DNA of 64,000 bases from Myxococcota bacterium (lineage in GTDB: Bacteria; Myxococcota; Myxococcia; Myxococcales; Myxococcaceae), in assembly GCA_049322255.1 (NCBI GenBank), contig JBMORE010000163.1:1-64000 (forward strand), written 5' to 3'. The notes under the pieces were generated by a model. It made no database searches, had not been told where the DNA came from, and worked only from the letters and a program-made list of their open reading frames with translations. A program made the translations under genes and the position numbers. Shown one piece after another: positions 48,587-57,599 of this stretch. Position 1 is the stretch's first letter. Each line of letters starts with the position of its first letter.

Positions 48587-49414
48587 CTAGGAAAGGAAGC
48601 CCAGCCCCAGCCCCAGATAGGTCTCGTTCGCCCGACGCAGCTGCCCCACGGGAGAGGGCCCATAGTGCCCGCGTAAATGCAGCCGCACGGTGCTCTGAAG
48701 CCAACGCAGCGAAAACCCCGCGGTGCCGATGGCAGTGCCCCGGCCCTGGGTGTCGAGCCGGCCCTCGAAACCGAAAACGGGGAGCAGAAGCCCCAACGGC
48801 AGCTCGCGCGATGGCTCGAATTCGAAGCCGGCGCGCGCCACCGCCTGTTCCACCTGCGGGGAGCGGTGGAAGTTGAAGTCGCCTCCGGCATACGCCCGGG
48901 CGCCCAAGGAGAAGACGTGCGCCACCAGCAGCTCCACCCCGTCGCGCAGGATTTTTCGGGGAAAGGACTCGAAGCGGGCGATGAAGTCGTCGCCCAGGTG
49001 GGAGCTGACGTGCAAAAGCGTCAGCCTTCCTCGCCAGCGTCCCCGCGCCGCTGACACGGGCAGGCCCACCCGGAAGTCGGCGTTGATGAGCTCGCGCTGC
49101 GTCGATTCCAGATAGAAGCGGGCGAACACTCCCACCTCGAAACCCAGCTCGAGCGAAGGGCCTTCCTCCTCGGAGAAGAAGCGCACCACCGGAATCTGCC
49201 GGCCGATGGCGACGTCGGCCTCGAAGTGGGTGCTCCCGAAGTCGCGTGCCAAGTCACGGCGGGTGACCAGGAGCGAGCCGTCAAGGCTCACCTCGCGCGG
49301 CGGATTGAGCAGCGGAAAAAAGAGAAAGTCGGCCGGGAGCACTTCGACGGCGGCGAAGCCGCACGCAGGGAAGACGCAGACGAGCGCCGCCATCGCCCAT
49401 CTTTCGCGCACCAC
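48587..49414 (-). CDS. DUF1207-like outer-membrane protein
   Basis: LINADFRVG and HVSSHLGDDF motifs with amphipathic beta-strands. Start is 49414 or 49393. Confidence 0.72.
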   Translation of the reverse strand: MVRERWAMAALVCVFPACGFAAVEVLPADFLFFPLLNPPREVSLDGSLLVTRRDLARDFGSTHFEADVAIGRQIPVVRFFSEEEGPSLELGFEVGVFARFYLESTQRELINADFRVGLPVSAARGRWRGRLTLLHVSSHLGDDFIARFESFPRKILRDGVELLVAHVFSLGARAYAGGDFNFHRSPQVEQAVARAGFEFEPSRELPLGLLLPVFGFEGRLDTQGRGTAIGTAGFSLRWLQSTVRLHLRGHYGPSPVGQLRRANETYLGLGLGFLS

Positions 49415-49470
49415 AAGCCCTCCGTCAGCGGGAGAGTCGTCACGGCGTGCGCGGGGTGCAATGCGCGCTT

Positions 49471-50868
49471 TTACGGAAGCGTCCAGGTGACGACGGCGCG
49501 GTGAGAGCGGTCGTCTTGCGAGTCGGCGAATGCCTCGATGCGCTCGCTGTGGGCGAGCAGCGCTCCCAGCTCGGTGCCGGCGGCGAACAGGCCCGCCAGC
49601 TCCTGCGAGCCCACCACGTCGAGCAGGCTGATCTGCGCCAAGCCCTTGGCCACTGCCTTGGGGTCGACGAGGAGCTCGGCCCCGTGAGGCATTTTTCCGG
49701 AGGCTCCGTTCACCGCGGCCAAGGCGGCGCTCACCGTGGCGGCGTCGTTTCCTAAGTACAAGTGAGGCCCTGCCAGGCCCACGCGTACCTCGCCTCCCTT
49801 CAGGGTGAGCAAGAAGCCGTCGCCCGTCGCCTTGGCGTTCTTCCAGCTCGAGAGTGCCGCGAGCGCCTTCTTCGCCTCCTCCGGCTGGCTCACTTCGGCA
49901 AGGTAGACGTGGCGCACCGCGAAGTAGCGCGCGGCCGGAGAGCGCAACGACTCGCGCACTTTTACCGAGTCGGCCCACAGCAACACGTTGCCGGTGAGCA
50001 GTGGGGTGAGGTCGGAGGTGACGGCCAAGAGCGCTTCGGGTTCACAGACAGGACAGAGGGCTGCCAGCTGTCCGCGCAAAGTGGACGTCACCGCAGAGAC
50101 ACCCGAGCGAGCGACGCGCGCCCGCATCAGCGCGAGCCCCGAAGGAGGGACGTTGGCGTATGGGCTGGGACCAGATCCCTCGAGCGCTGGCGCCGGAAAG
50201 CGACCGCGCACGTCGGCGGTGAGGCTCTTGGCGCTCCCGCGGGCTCCCACCACTCCCCGAGGGCTCACCCAGTAGGCCGCGTCGTTCGTCGTGGCGACCT
50301 TCTTCCAGATGCCGCCGGTCGAGGGCTGGGCGACGAGCTTGGCGGCGTCCTCGAGCAGGCCATCGATGGAGGTACCGCCTCCGTGGACGGCGCACACCTC
50401 TTTGCCTTTGAGCGCGTAGCCTGCCACCGGCTGGTCGAGCTGGGTGGCCGCGGTGAGCGCGACGCCGTTCTTGGCCTTGCTCGTACGCTTTGGGCCCAAA
50501 GGAGCGAGCTTCGCGGCCAGCTTCTCCTGATGGCGCTTCACATCGGCGAGGGTGAGGCAGATGACGCGGGCGGGGCCCACCACGCTCCAGGTGGCGCTCC
50601 CTTTCGGATCGACTCCCAGCTCGGCCAGCGAGGCCGGGTCGGTGAGGTCGAGCCACAAGAGGGGATGAAGCTCCGGGCGCCAGCCTTCGGGTCGAAAAAG
50701 GCTCGCCTTCTCACCCGCCGCGCGCAGAAAAGCGGCCAGCCCGTCCGCCTTGTTCAGCTGCGGCACATAGAGGGTGGTGCTCGCCTTCGGGTGGGCACGG
50801 GGGGCGGGTCTGGGGGACGCCGACGGCGGCGAAGCGGCCAGCACGGCGGCGACGACCAGGGGCAGCAT
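49471..50868 (-). CDS. Hypothetical exported protein
   Basis: Signal peptide MLPLVVAAVLAA and a long high-GC3 ORF 2 nt downstream of the upstream gene. Confidence 0.72.
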   Translation of the reverse strand: MLPLVVAAVLAASPPSASPRPAPRAHPKASTTLYVPQLNKADGLAAFLRAAGEKASLFRPEGWRPELHPLLWLDLTDPASLAELGVDPKGSATWSVVGPARVICLTLADVKRHQEKLAAKLAPLGPKRTSKAKNGVALTAATQLDQPVAGYALKGKEVCAVHGGGTSIDGLLEDAAKLVAQPSTGGIWKKVATTNDAAYWVSPRGVVGARGSAKSLTADVRGRFPAPALEGSGPSPYANVPPSGLALMRARVARSGVSAVTSTLRGQLAALCPVCEPEALLAVTSDLTPLLTGNVLLWADSVKVRESLRSPAARYFAVRHVYLAEVSQPEEAKKALAALSSWKNAKATGDGFLLTLKGGEVRVGLAGPHLYLGNDAATVSAALAAVNGASGKMPHGAELLVDPKAVAKGLAQISLLDVVGSQELAGLFAAGTELGALLAHSERIEAFADSQDDRSHRAVVTWTLP

Positions 50869-50870
50869 GT

Positions 50871-51215
50871 TCAAATCGAAACGTCGGTGGGGGCGGCTGC
50901 TTGGCGGAGCGCTTCTTGTTTCTCCACCGCCCGTTTGCGGATCGCCCGCTGCATGTAGCCGTAGCCGACGAGCAAGGCGGCCGCGAGGGGAGAGGTGGCG
51001 GCGATGATGGCCCACACCGGCTGCCTGAACATGAATTCGGCGCTGGCGCGAAACAGCGCGGTCATCCACTCGCCTTTGAGCACCGCCGCGAAGAGGACGG
51101 CGCCCACCAGCGCAGAGACGAGCGTCGCCACCAAGAGCATCACCGCCGCCCGGCGCCGCGCGTGGCCCAGGCTCTTGGCGGGGGAATAGGTCTTCACCTC
51201 GAGGTCGTGATCCAT
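50871..51215 (-). CDS. Small two-TM membrane protein
   Basis: Two hydrophobic helices, the second ending SPLAAALLVGYGYM. Confidence 0.7.
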   Translation of the reverse strand: MDHDLEVKTYSPAKSLGHARRRAAVMLLVATLVSALVGAVLFAAVLKGEWMTALFRASAEFMFRQPVWAIIAATSPLAAALLVGYGYMQRAIRKRAVEKQEALRQAAAPTDVSI

Positions 51216-51392
51216 ACGCGCGAAGGACTGTTAGCAGCGTCGCCGGGTGTCGACAAGCCGACCGCGCGGGCTCTCCTTGGGGCCGGTCTTCAAAATCGTC
51301 CGGCGCCGAAAATTCGGCCTCGCATGCGATCTACCCACAAGGTATGGTGCGTGCGCGTTGGGCATACCCAACCAATGGGAGGATCTAGAAGA

Positions 51393-51896
51393 ATGACTGC
51401 ATTCAAGGCACGGAAGCTGAAGAAGGGGTGGTTCGAGATCGTGGGCCTCGAGGCCTTCCTCGAGGCGAAGCTCAAGAAGCTCAAGTGGGCGCTGGGCAAG
51501 CCGGCGACCAAGGCCAAATGGACCAAGGCGAAGAAGGTGGCGAAGAAGGCGCCCGCGCGCCCGGTCTCCAAGGAGGTCACGCCACTGGTCCGCTTGACCA
51601 CGGCGATGAACAAGCACAGCCGGCGCAGCGAGCTGATTCGGGCGGGCAAGGAGAAGGACCAACTCCTTCGTTCGCTGGTGCCCCTGTACGTGGCCCGTTC
51701 GCTGAGCCACATCGAGGTCAACTCCGGGCTCATCTCGCGCTTCTGGGCGAAGTACGGGGTGAAGTATGCGCCGCCGAACGCGGCCAAGGCGCTGCGCCAG
51801 CACGTGGGCTACGCGCGCAACACCAAGGCCGGCAAGGCCATCACCCCCAACGGCATCAAGTACGTGGAGGCCGCGCTGCAGCGGAAGGCGGCATAG
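51393..51896 (+). CDS. Highly basic Lys/Ala-rich protein with putative winged-helix C-terminus
   Basis: GGAGG ribosome-binding site, very high GC3, KAKWTKAKKVAKKAP and ITPNGIKYVE. Followed by a terminator. Confidence 0.8.
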   Translation: MTAFKARKLKKGWFEIVGLEAFLEAKLKKLKWALGKPATKAKWTKAKKVAKKAPARPVSKEVTPLVRLTTAMNKHSRRSELIRAGKEKDQLLRSLVPLYVARSLSHIEVNSGLISRFWAKYGVKYAPPNAAKALRQHVGYARNTKAGKAITPNGIKYVEAALQRKAA

Positions 51897-51920
51897 GTGC
51901 ACTCCCCGAGGTAATTGGAC

Positions 51921-51960
51921 AAGGCGGTGGGGCGAGTGCTCCGCCGCCTTTTCTATTCTT
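51921..51960 (+). terminator. Rho-independent terminator
   Basis: AAGGCGGTGGGGC-GAGT-GCTCCGCCGCCTT stem-loop followed by TTCTATTCTT. Confidence 0.75.
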
Positions 51961-52320
51961 GAGCCCCCAGACGTCTCAACGCGCAGCGTGGTGGGTGGTC
52001 GGCTTGCCGGTTGTGGCCTGAGCCAAACGACCGATCGTGATTCTCGAAGGAGGTCACGCGGCCTTCTTTCGAGGTTGTAGCCGAGCGGCGGCGACGTGGC
52101 CACGCGCGGCCTTGCGGGGTCTTCCGCAGCACACAGCGCAAGGTGTCGAGGTAGCTCGCGGTCACCTTCGACTTTCCATTCCCTGCGCGCACGTCAAGCA
52201 GCCCCGCCGCGCCCCCCGCGAGGTAGCGGGCCTTCGCCCTCGATGCGGTGGACACAGCGCAGCCCAGACCGCGGAAGCGCATCGCGGTGTCTGCATCGCC
52301 CACCTTCTTTCCGAGCGCTC
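51953..52320 (-). pseudogene. Possible degraded gene fragment
   Basis: Coding-like GC3 bias on the minus strand (ALGKKVGDAD...VTASYLDTLRCVLRKTPQG), but no clear start or family. Confidence 0.25.
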
Positions 52321-52470
52321 AGCTTCGACGTGCAGCCTGTTCAGCACCGAGGCAGCCGATAATTCAGCGCGGCAACAGCCTGTCTTCTCGCACGCGCAGT
52401 TCGCGCCGCCCGGTCTCGGTTGGACTTGCCGGATCGTCTCGCGTATAGGGCCGGTAAAACCGAGGAAAAC

Positions 52471-52941
52471 ATGCGCCTACTTGCCGTCACGATCGCCGGG
52501 ATCTTCCTGAGCACCGCCTGCATCGATCGCGTCGCCATTCGCCCCGACCAGCTCAACGTCGTGAGCGGGATGGGGTCACCGACCACTGTCGGCTCAACCC
52601 ACACGTCTACAGGCACAGTGACGGTGGTCGCCGTTCCTACCGCGACGGTCGTGAAGGCCGACGGCACGCTGACCACCATTCAATCTCCGTACGACGCGAT
52701 CATCACCGACACTCAGGGGGTCGAGCTCGCGTTCGACCACCCGGTGCTCGCCAAGCTCTCGGGGAGCGACCTTTCATTGGCCGGCTCGAACCGCGCCGAG
52801 ACGCACCTCGACCTGTCGAACGTGAAGACCGTGGAAGTCACCCAGGTCAACTTCTGGAAGACCTGGGGTCTCACGATGGGGGTCAGTCTTGGCCTCCCTG
52901 CGATCGTGTTGGGCGTGGTGCTCGCCAGCAACGCACGTTAG
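52471..52941 (+). CDS. Lipoprotein with C-terminal TM helix
   Basis: GAGG ribosome-binding site, lipobox LSTAC, and KTWGLTMGVSLGLPAIVLGVV. Confidence 0.78.
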   Translation: MRLLAVTIAGIFLSTACIDRVAIRPDQLNVVSGMGSPTTVGSTHTSTGTVTVVAVPTATVVKADGTLTTIQSPYDAIITDTQGVELAFDHPVLAKLSGSDLSLAGSNRAETHLDLSNVKTVEVTQVNFWKTWGLTMGVSLGLPAIVLGVVLASNAR

Positions 52942-54254
52942 CTCAGCGGCAGACCCTTGGCCCGTCGGCGTAAGGTGGAGCGGTCCACCCCGAGCACGCG
53001 CGCGGCGGCGGCGAGGTTTCCCTTCGTCTTGGCCACCACCCGTCGCTGATACCACTCCACGACTTGCGCCTCCGAAGCGGTGCCGTCGCGCAGCGCCACC
53101 GGTAGGCCGTCGTCCTCTGGGGGCCGTGCCGAGGGTGAAAGCCCTGGGTCGAGGCCGAGGAGGAAATTGCGCAGCGCGTTTTGTAGCTGGCGCACGTTGC
53201 CCGGCCAGGGGTGGCTTTGGGCTGCCTCCGCTCGCAACCAACCGTCCACTGCCTCGAGCTGTGCCGGCCGCGCCGTGGGTCCGAGGTAGGCACGAACGAA
53301 GGCGGAGCCGATGGGTGGAACGTCCTCCGGCCGCTCGCGTAAAGGGGGAAGGTGCAGCACGTTGCCGGCGAGCCGCTGGTAGAGGTCGTGGCGGAACTCC
53401 CCCCGTGCGACCATCGCCGCCAGATTCTTGTGGGTGGCGGCCACGAAGCGCACGTCGACCTGATGCGCGGTGTCCGAGCCGAGGGAGTGCACCTCGTCGT
53501 TCTCGATGACGCGCAACAGCTTCACCTGGGTCGACTGGGGCAAGTCGCCCACCTCGTCGAGGAAGAAGGTGCCTTTGTCGGCGGTGCGAATGCGGCCCGC
53601 GCGGCTCTCGGCGGCTCCGGTGAAGGCGCCCTTGGCGTGGCCGAACAGCTCGCTCTCCACCAGCGTCTCGGGGAGCGCCGCGGCGTTGATCGCGCTTTTG
53701 GGGGCAGGTTTGCCGTCTTCGCCACCCGGCGTTCCCTCCTGAATGGCGTTGGCCACCAGCTCTTTGCCGGTGCCGGTCTCGCCCAGAAGGAGCACGTCGT
53801 GGTCGCGAATGACCCGCGCAAGCTCGAGAGCGTGGAAGAGCGACTCTCCGAAGCAGGCAGCCCAGGTCGCCTCTCGCAGCCGCTTCGCCGCCGTCGACGT
53901 GCCCTGGATTGCCTCCAGCGCCCGGTGAGCGCGGCCCGCGGCAAGGGCGATGCGCACGTACTCGGTGCGTGGCCGGGGCAACAGCGCCTGCACCTGTTTG
54001 GGCAAGGAGGGCTCGTCGAGCCCTTTGCCCGAGGTACCGGGGCCTCGCCGCGCTTGCCGATGCGCCAGCGCCAAGAGCAGCTGTTCGGCGCGATCGTGCC
54101 TTTTCACCCCCAGGAGCAAGGAAAGCTGCACGGGCGCCTCGAGTTGAAGAAGCGCTTCCTCTCCCTCCCGCCGGGCCCGCTCCGAGGTGGAGAAGGGGTT
54201 GCCCAGATAGGCGTTGAGCACCGCCTGGATTCTGCCGTGGTCGATGGTAGGCAT
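52938..54254 (-). CDS. Sigma54-dependent enhancer-binding protein with atypical N-terminus
   Basis: GETGTGKE, ESELFGHAKGAFTGA, FLDEVGD, RFVAAT, FRHDLYQRL and WPGNVRQL motifs, then a Fis-type HTH. No REC or GAF domain recognised. Confidence 0.93.
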   Translation of the reverse strand: MPTIDHGRIQAVLNAYLGNPFSTSERARREGEEALLQLEAPVQLSLLLGVKRHDRAEQLLLALAHRQARRGPGTSGKGLDEPSLPKQVQALLPRPRTEYVRIALAAGRAHRALEAIQGTSTAAKRLREATWAACFGESLFHALELARVIRDHDVLLLGETGTGKELVANAIQEGTPGGEDGKPAPKSAINAAALPETLVESELFGHAKGAFTGAAESRAGRIRTADKGTFFLDEVGDLPQSTQVKLLRVIENDEVHSLGSDTAHQVDVRFVAATHKNLAAMVARGEFRHDLYQRLAGNVLHLPPLRERPEDVPPIGSAFVRAYLGPTARPAQLEAVDGWLRAEAAQSHPWPGNVRQLQNALRNFLLGLDPGLSPSARPPEDDGLPVALRDGTASEAQVVEWYQRRVVAKTKGNLAAAARVLGVDRSTLRRRAKGLPLS

Positions 54255-54346
54255 CTTGCCTAGGCAAAATGCAGCACAGTTTGGGCGAGGGTGACAAGGT
54301 GTTCGACAACGGGTTGGGAAATCGAGGGCTTGCGCGCCTCGGAGCG

Positions 54347-54362
54347 TGGTACGCCGTTCGCT
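54347..54362 (+). promoter_or_regulatory. Putative sigma54 -24/-12 promoter of the nfeD-flotillin operon
   Basis: TGGTACGCCGTTCGCT compared with consensus TGGCACG-N4-TTGCW. The GG-N10-GC spacing is exact. Confidence 0.55.
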
Positions 54363-54377
54363 ATGGAGGCTTTTTAA

Positions 54378-54977
54378 ATGTTGACCCTCTACTTCATCTG
54401 TCTGGCGATTGGGCTGGTGCTCATCGTCGTCTCGTACCTCTCTGGAGGAGATTCATCCGAGGGGGAGGTGGGCTCCGGGAACACCGACGGCGGCGACGCT
54501 GCCGAGGGCGGCGAGGGCGAGCTCCATGGCTTTGGCTGGGCGTCGGTGCTCCCCTTGGTGTCGCTGTCCTTCTGGACGTTCTTCCTCGCCTTCTTCGGGC
54601 TGACCGGAGCGGTGCTCGCCGCGTTCACCGGGGCGAGTGTGGGGCTGACGGCCCTGGTGGCAGTGGGGGTGGGGTATGTGAGCGGGCTGTCGGTCACCCA
54701 GGTGGTGCGCAAGCTTCGGCGGCACGAGGTGGGCAGCGGGGTGCGCGCGCAGGACTACCTGGGCGAGGTGGCCACGGTGGTGTTGCCCACGCAAAAAGGC
54801 CAGCTGGGCAAGGTGCGGCTCACCGTGCGCGGACGCACGGTGGACCTCCTCGCCGAGGGAGATTCGGAGGTGGCCTTGGGGCCGCATGAGCAGGTGGTGG
54901 TGCACGAGGTGCTCGACGACGGCTCGGTGCGCGTCACCAAGCTGGTCGAGCCGAAGTCGAAAGGAGAAGACCGATGA
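54378..54977 (+). CDS. NfeD/YqiJ-like membrane protein
   Basis: N-terminal TM, acidic linker, FWTFFLAFFGLTG, and C-terminal OB-fold-like YLGEVATV...GKVRLTVRG. Confidence 0.85.
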   Translation: MLTLYFICLAIGLVLIVVSYLSGGDSSEGEVGSGNTDGGDAAEGGEGELHGFGWASVLPLVSLSFWTFFLAFFGLTGAVLAAFTGASVGLTALVAVGVGYVSGLSVTQVVRKLRRHEVGSGVRAQDYLGEVATVVLPTQKGQLGKVRLTVRGRTVDLLAEGDSEVALGPHEQVVVHEVLDDGSVRVTKLVEPKSKGEDR

Positions 54978-56254
54978 ACGTGTTGCAAGCGATAGACATC
55001 CCCACCGGGTGGGCGGTGGCCATCCCCGCGATGGTGGTTGGAGTGGTGTGGGTGGTGCTGGCCACGGTGCGCGCGCTGGTGCACATCTGCCCGCCCAACC
55101 AGATTCTCATCTTCTCCGGGCGCAGCCACGCCGCTGCCGACGGGCGGGAGGTGGGCTTTCGGGTGGTGTTCGGAGGCCGAACCTTCCGGGTGCCGGTGCT
55201 GGAGCGGGTCGACCACATGGACATGTCCTTGCTCTCGGTGCCGATGACGGTGAACGGCGCCTACTCGTTGGGCGGCATCCCCCTGTCGGTGCACGCCATC
55301 GCCAACGTGAAGGTGTCCTCCGACCCCAAGGTGGTGAACAACGCCATCGAGCGCTTCTTGGGTCATGACCGTTCGGCCATCGGCCGGGTGGCCAAGGAAA
55401 CCCTCGAGGGCCACCTGCGCGGGGTGCTCGCCAACATGACGCCGGAGGAGGTGAACGAAGACCGGCTCAAGTTCGCCGACCGCCTCTCGGACGAGGCGGA
55501 ACCCGACCTGCGCAAGCTGGGCCTGCAGCTCGACACGCTGAAGATTCAGCACGTCTCCGACGAGCGCGAGTACTTGGACAGCATCGGCAGAAAGCGCATC
55601 GCCGAGGTCTTGCGCACCGCGGAGGTGGCCGAGTCCGACGCCAAGCGCGCCGCGGAAGAAACCGAGGCGGCGGCCTCTGCGCGCGGGAAGGTGGCCAAGA
55701 CCCAAGCGGAGGCGAACGTCCTGCGGCGAAGGAACGCGCTGCGCCAGCTCACCGCCGACCTCGAGGCCCAGGCCAAGAGCGAGGAGGTGCGCGCCCAGGC
55801 GGCCGCCCAGCAAGCCCGCGCGGAGGCGGAGAAAGAGCTGCAGGGCGTGCGCGCCGAGCTGGAGCGGCTGCGCCTGGCCGCCGACGTCACCATTCCCGCC
55901 GAGGTGGCGCAGAGGGTACGCGAGCTGGAGGCGGCGGGGCAGGCGGCCTCCATCGCCGAGAACGGCAAGGCGATGGCCGAGTCGATCGCCGCCGTGGCCA
56001 AGGCCTGGAAGGCGACCGACGGCAAGGCGATGGACATGTACGTCCTGCAAAACCTGGAGGAGCTGTTCGCGCAAGTGAGCGCCGCCGCCGCCCAGCTGGA
56101 GGTGAAGAAGGTGTCGCTGCTCGACGCGGGAGACGGCACCACGCTGGCCAACTACGTGAGCGCCTACCCCGCCACGGTGGGGGCGCTTCTTCGTGAGGTG
56201 TCGAAGACGTTGGGGGTGGACATTCCCGCTGTTCTCACCGGCAAGACTTCGTAA
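54974..56254 (+). CDS. Flotillin-family SPFH protein 1
   Basis: ICPPNQILIFSG, NAIERFLG, ETLEGHLRGVLA and LDTLKIQHVSD..YLDSIG motifs, with AE-rich coiled coil. Confidence 0.92.
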   Translation: MNVLQAIDIPTGWAVAIPAMVVGVVWVVLATVRALVHICPPNQILIFSGRSHAAADGREVGFRVVFGGRTFRVPVLERVDHMDMSLLSVPMTVNGAYSLGGIPLSVHAIANVKVSSDPKVVNNAIERFLGHDRSAIGRVAKETLEGHLRGVLANMTPEEVNEDRLKFADRLSDEAEPDLRKLGLQLDTLKIQHVSDEREYLDSIGRKRIAEVLRTAEVAESDAKRAAEETEAAASARGKVAKTQAEANVLRRRNALRQLTADLEAQAKSEEVRAQAAAQQARAEAEKELQGVRAELERLRLAADVTIPAEVAQRVRELEAAGQAASIAENGKAMAESIAAVAKAWKATDGKAMDMYVLQNLEELFAQVSAAAAQLEVKKVSLLDAGDGTTLANYVSAYPATVGALLREVSKTLGVDIPAVLTGKTS

Positions 56255-56272
56255 GGAACAAGGAGAAGCGTC

Positions 56273-57574
56273 ATGGAAATCGTGCTCGCCGTCGTCGCCA
56301 TTCTCGCCGTCGCCGCCACCCTGGTGGTGCTGGCGGTCAAGCGGCTCATCTACATCTGCCAGCCCAACGAGGTGCTGGTGTTCTCCGGCTCGCGCCGCCG
56401 CATGGGGGGGCGCTGGGTGGGTTACCGGCTCATCCAAGGGGGCCGGGGCATCCGCATTCCCATGCTCGAGCGGGTCGACCGGCTCGACCTCACCAACATG
56501 GTGATCGACATCCGCGTCAGCGGCGCCTACTCGAAGGGCGGCATTCCGCTCAACGTCGAGGGCATGGCCAACGTGAAGATCGCCAGCGAAGAGCCGACCA
56601 TCGGCAACGCCATCGAGCGCTTCTTGGGCAAAAGCCGTGTCGAGCTGATTCGCGTGGCCAAGGAGACGCTGGAGGGAAACCTGCGCGGGGTGCTCGCGAC
56701 CTTGACTCCCGAGGAGGTCAACCACGACCGGGTGAAGTTCGCCCAGAGCCTGCTCACCGAGGCCGACCAGGATTTGAAGCGGCTGGGGTTGGTGCTCGAC
56801 ACCCTGAAGATTCAGAACGTGTCCGACGACAAGGGTTACCTCGATTCGTTGGGCCGTAAGCAAAGCGCCGACTTGCAGATGCGCTCACGCATCGCCGAGG
56901 CGGAGAACGCGGCGCTCGCGGCCGAGCGTGACGCCAAGAACTTCGAGGACCGGGAGATTGCCCGCCTCGAGGCCGGCTTCGCCATGGCCAAAGCCGAGGC
57001 CGAGCGACGCATCGCCGACGCCCAGACCAAGAAGGGGGCGATGGTTGCCGAGCAGAAGGCGGAGGTGATGGCCGAGGTGGCCCGTTCCAAGGCCGAGCTC
57101 CAGGTGCAGGCGGCGCGCATCGAGCAGGTGAAGCTGCAGCTCGAGGCCGACCGCATTCGCCCCGCGGAGGCGCGCAAGGCGGAGATGATTTCCGCCGCCC
57201 GCGGCGAGGCGTCGCGCATTCTCGAAGACGGCAAGGCCACCGCGCGTTCGTTGGAGGAGATTGGCCGCACCTGGGCGGAGGCGGGGGACGCCGCGCGGCA
57301 GGTCTTCGTGGCCCAGAAGATGAACAAGCTGGTGGAGAAGATGATGGCCACCGTGCACCACGTGCCGGTGGACCACGTCACCGTCCTCGACGCCCGGCTG
57401 GCCGAGGGTGGCAACAACCTGGCGGTGAAGGCGACGGTCGCCGCAGAGCAGCTCAAGCAGGCGTTGGGCATCGACGTGCCGGCGCTCTTGCAGCGGCTTT
57501 CGGGCGCCGGGTCATCCAACGGCGAGACGACAGCGCTGCCGCCGCTCCCAGCGCGGGAGCTGACCCACAAGTGA
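56273..57574 (+). CDS. Flotillin-family SPFH protein 2
   Basis: ICQPNEVLVFSG, AYSKGGIPL, ETLEGNLRGVLA and LDTLKIQNVSDDKGYLDSLG motifs. Confidence 0.92.
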   Translation: MEIVLAVVAILAVAATLVVLAVKRLIYICQPNEVLVFSGSRRRMGGRWVGYRLIQGGRGIRIPMLERVDRLDLTNMVIDIRVSGAYSKGGIPLNVEGMANVKIASEEPTIGNAIERFLGKSRVELIRVAKETLEGNLRGVLATLTPEEVNHDRVKFAQSLLTEADQDLKRLGLVLDTLKIQNVSDDKGYLDSLGRKQSADLQMRSRIAEAENAALAAERDAKNFEDREIARLEAGFAMAKAEAERRIADAQTKKGAMVAEQKAEVMAEVARSKAELQVQAARIEQVKLQLEADRIRPAEARKAEMISAARGEASRILEDGKATARSLEEIGRTWAEAGDAARQVFVAQKMNKLVEKMMATVHHVPVDHVTVLDARLAEGGNNLAVKATVAAEQLKQALGIDVPALLQRLSGAGSSNGETTALPPLPARELTHK

Positions 57575-57599
57575 ACCCAACGTGGTGGATGAGCAGTTT

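Noticed and set aside
52355..52362. GCCGATAA as a sigma28 -10 element
   Set aside because: No TAAA-like -35 at the right spacing. A single octamer can occur by chance.
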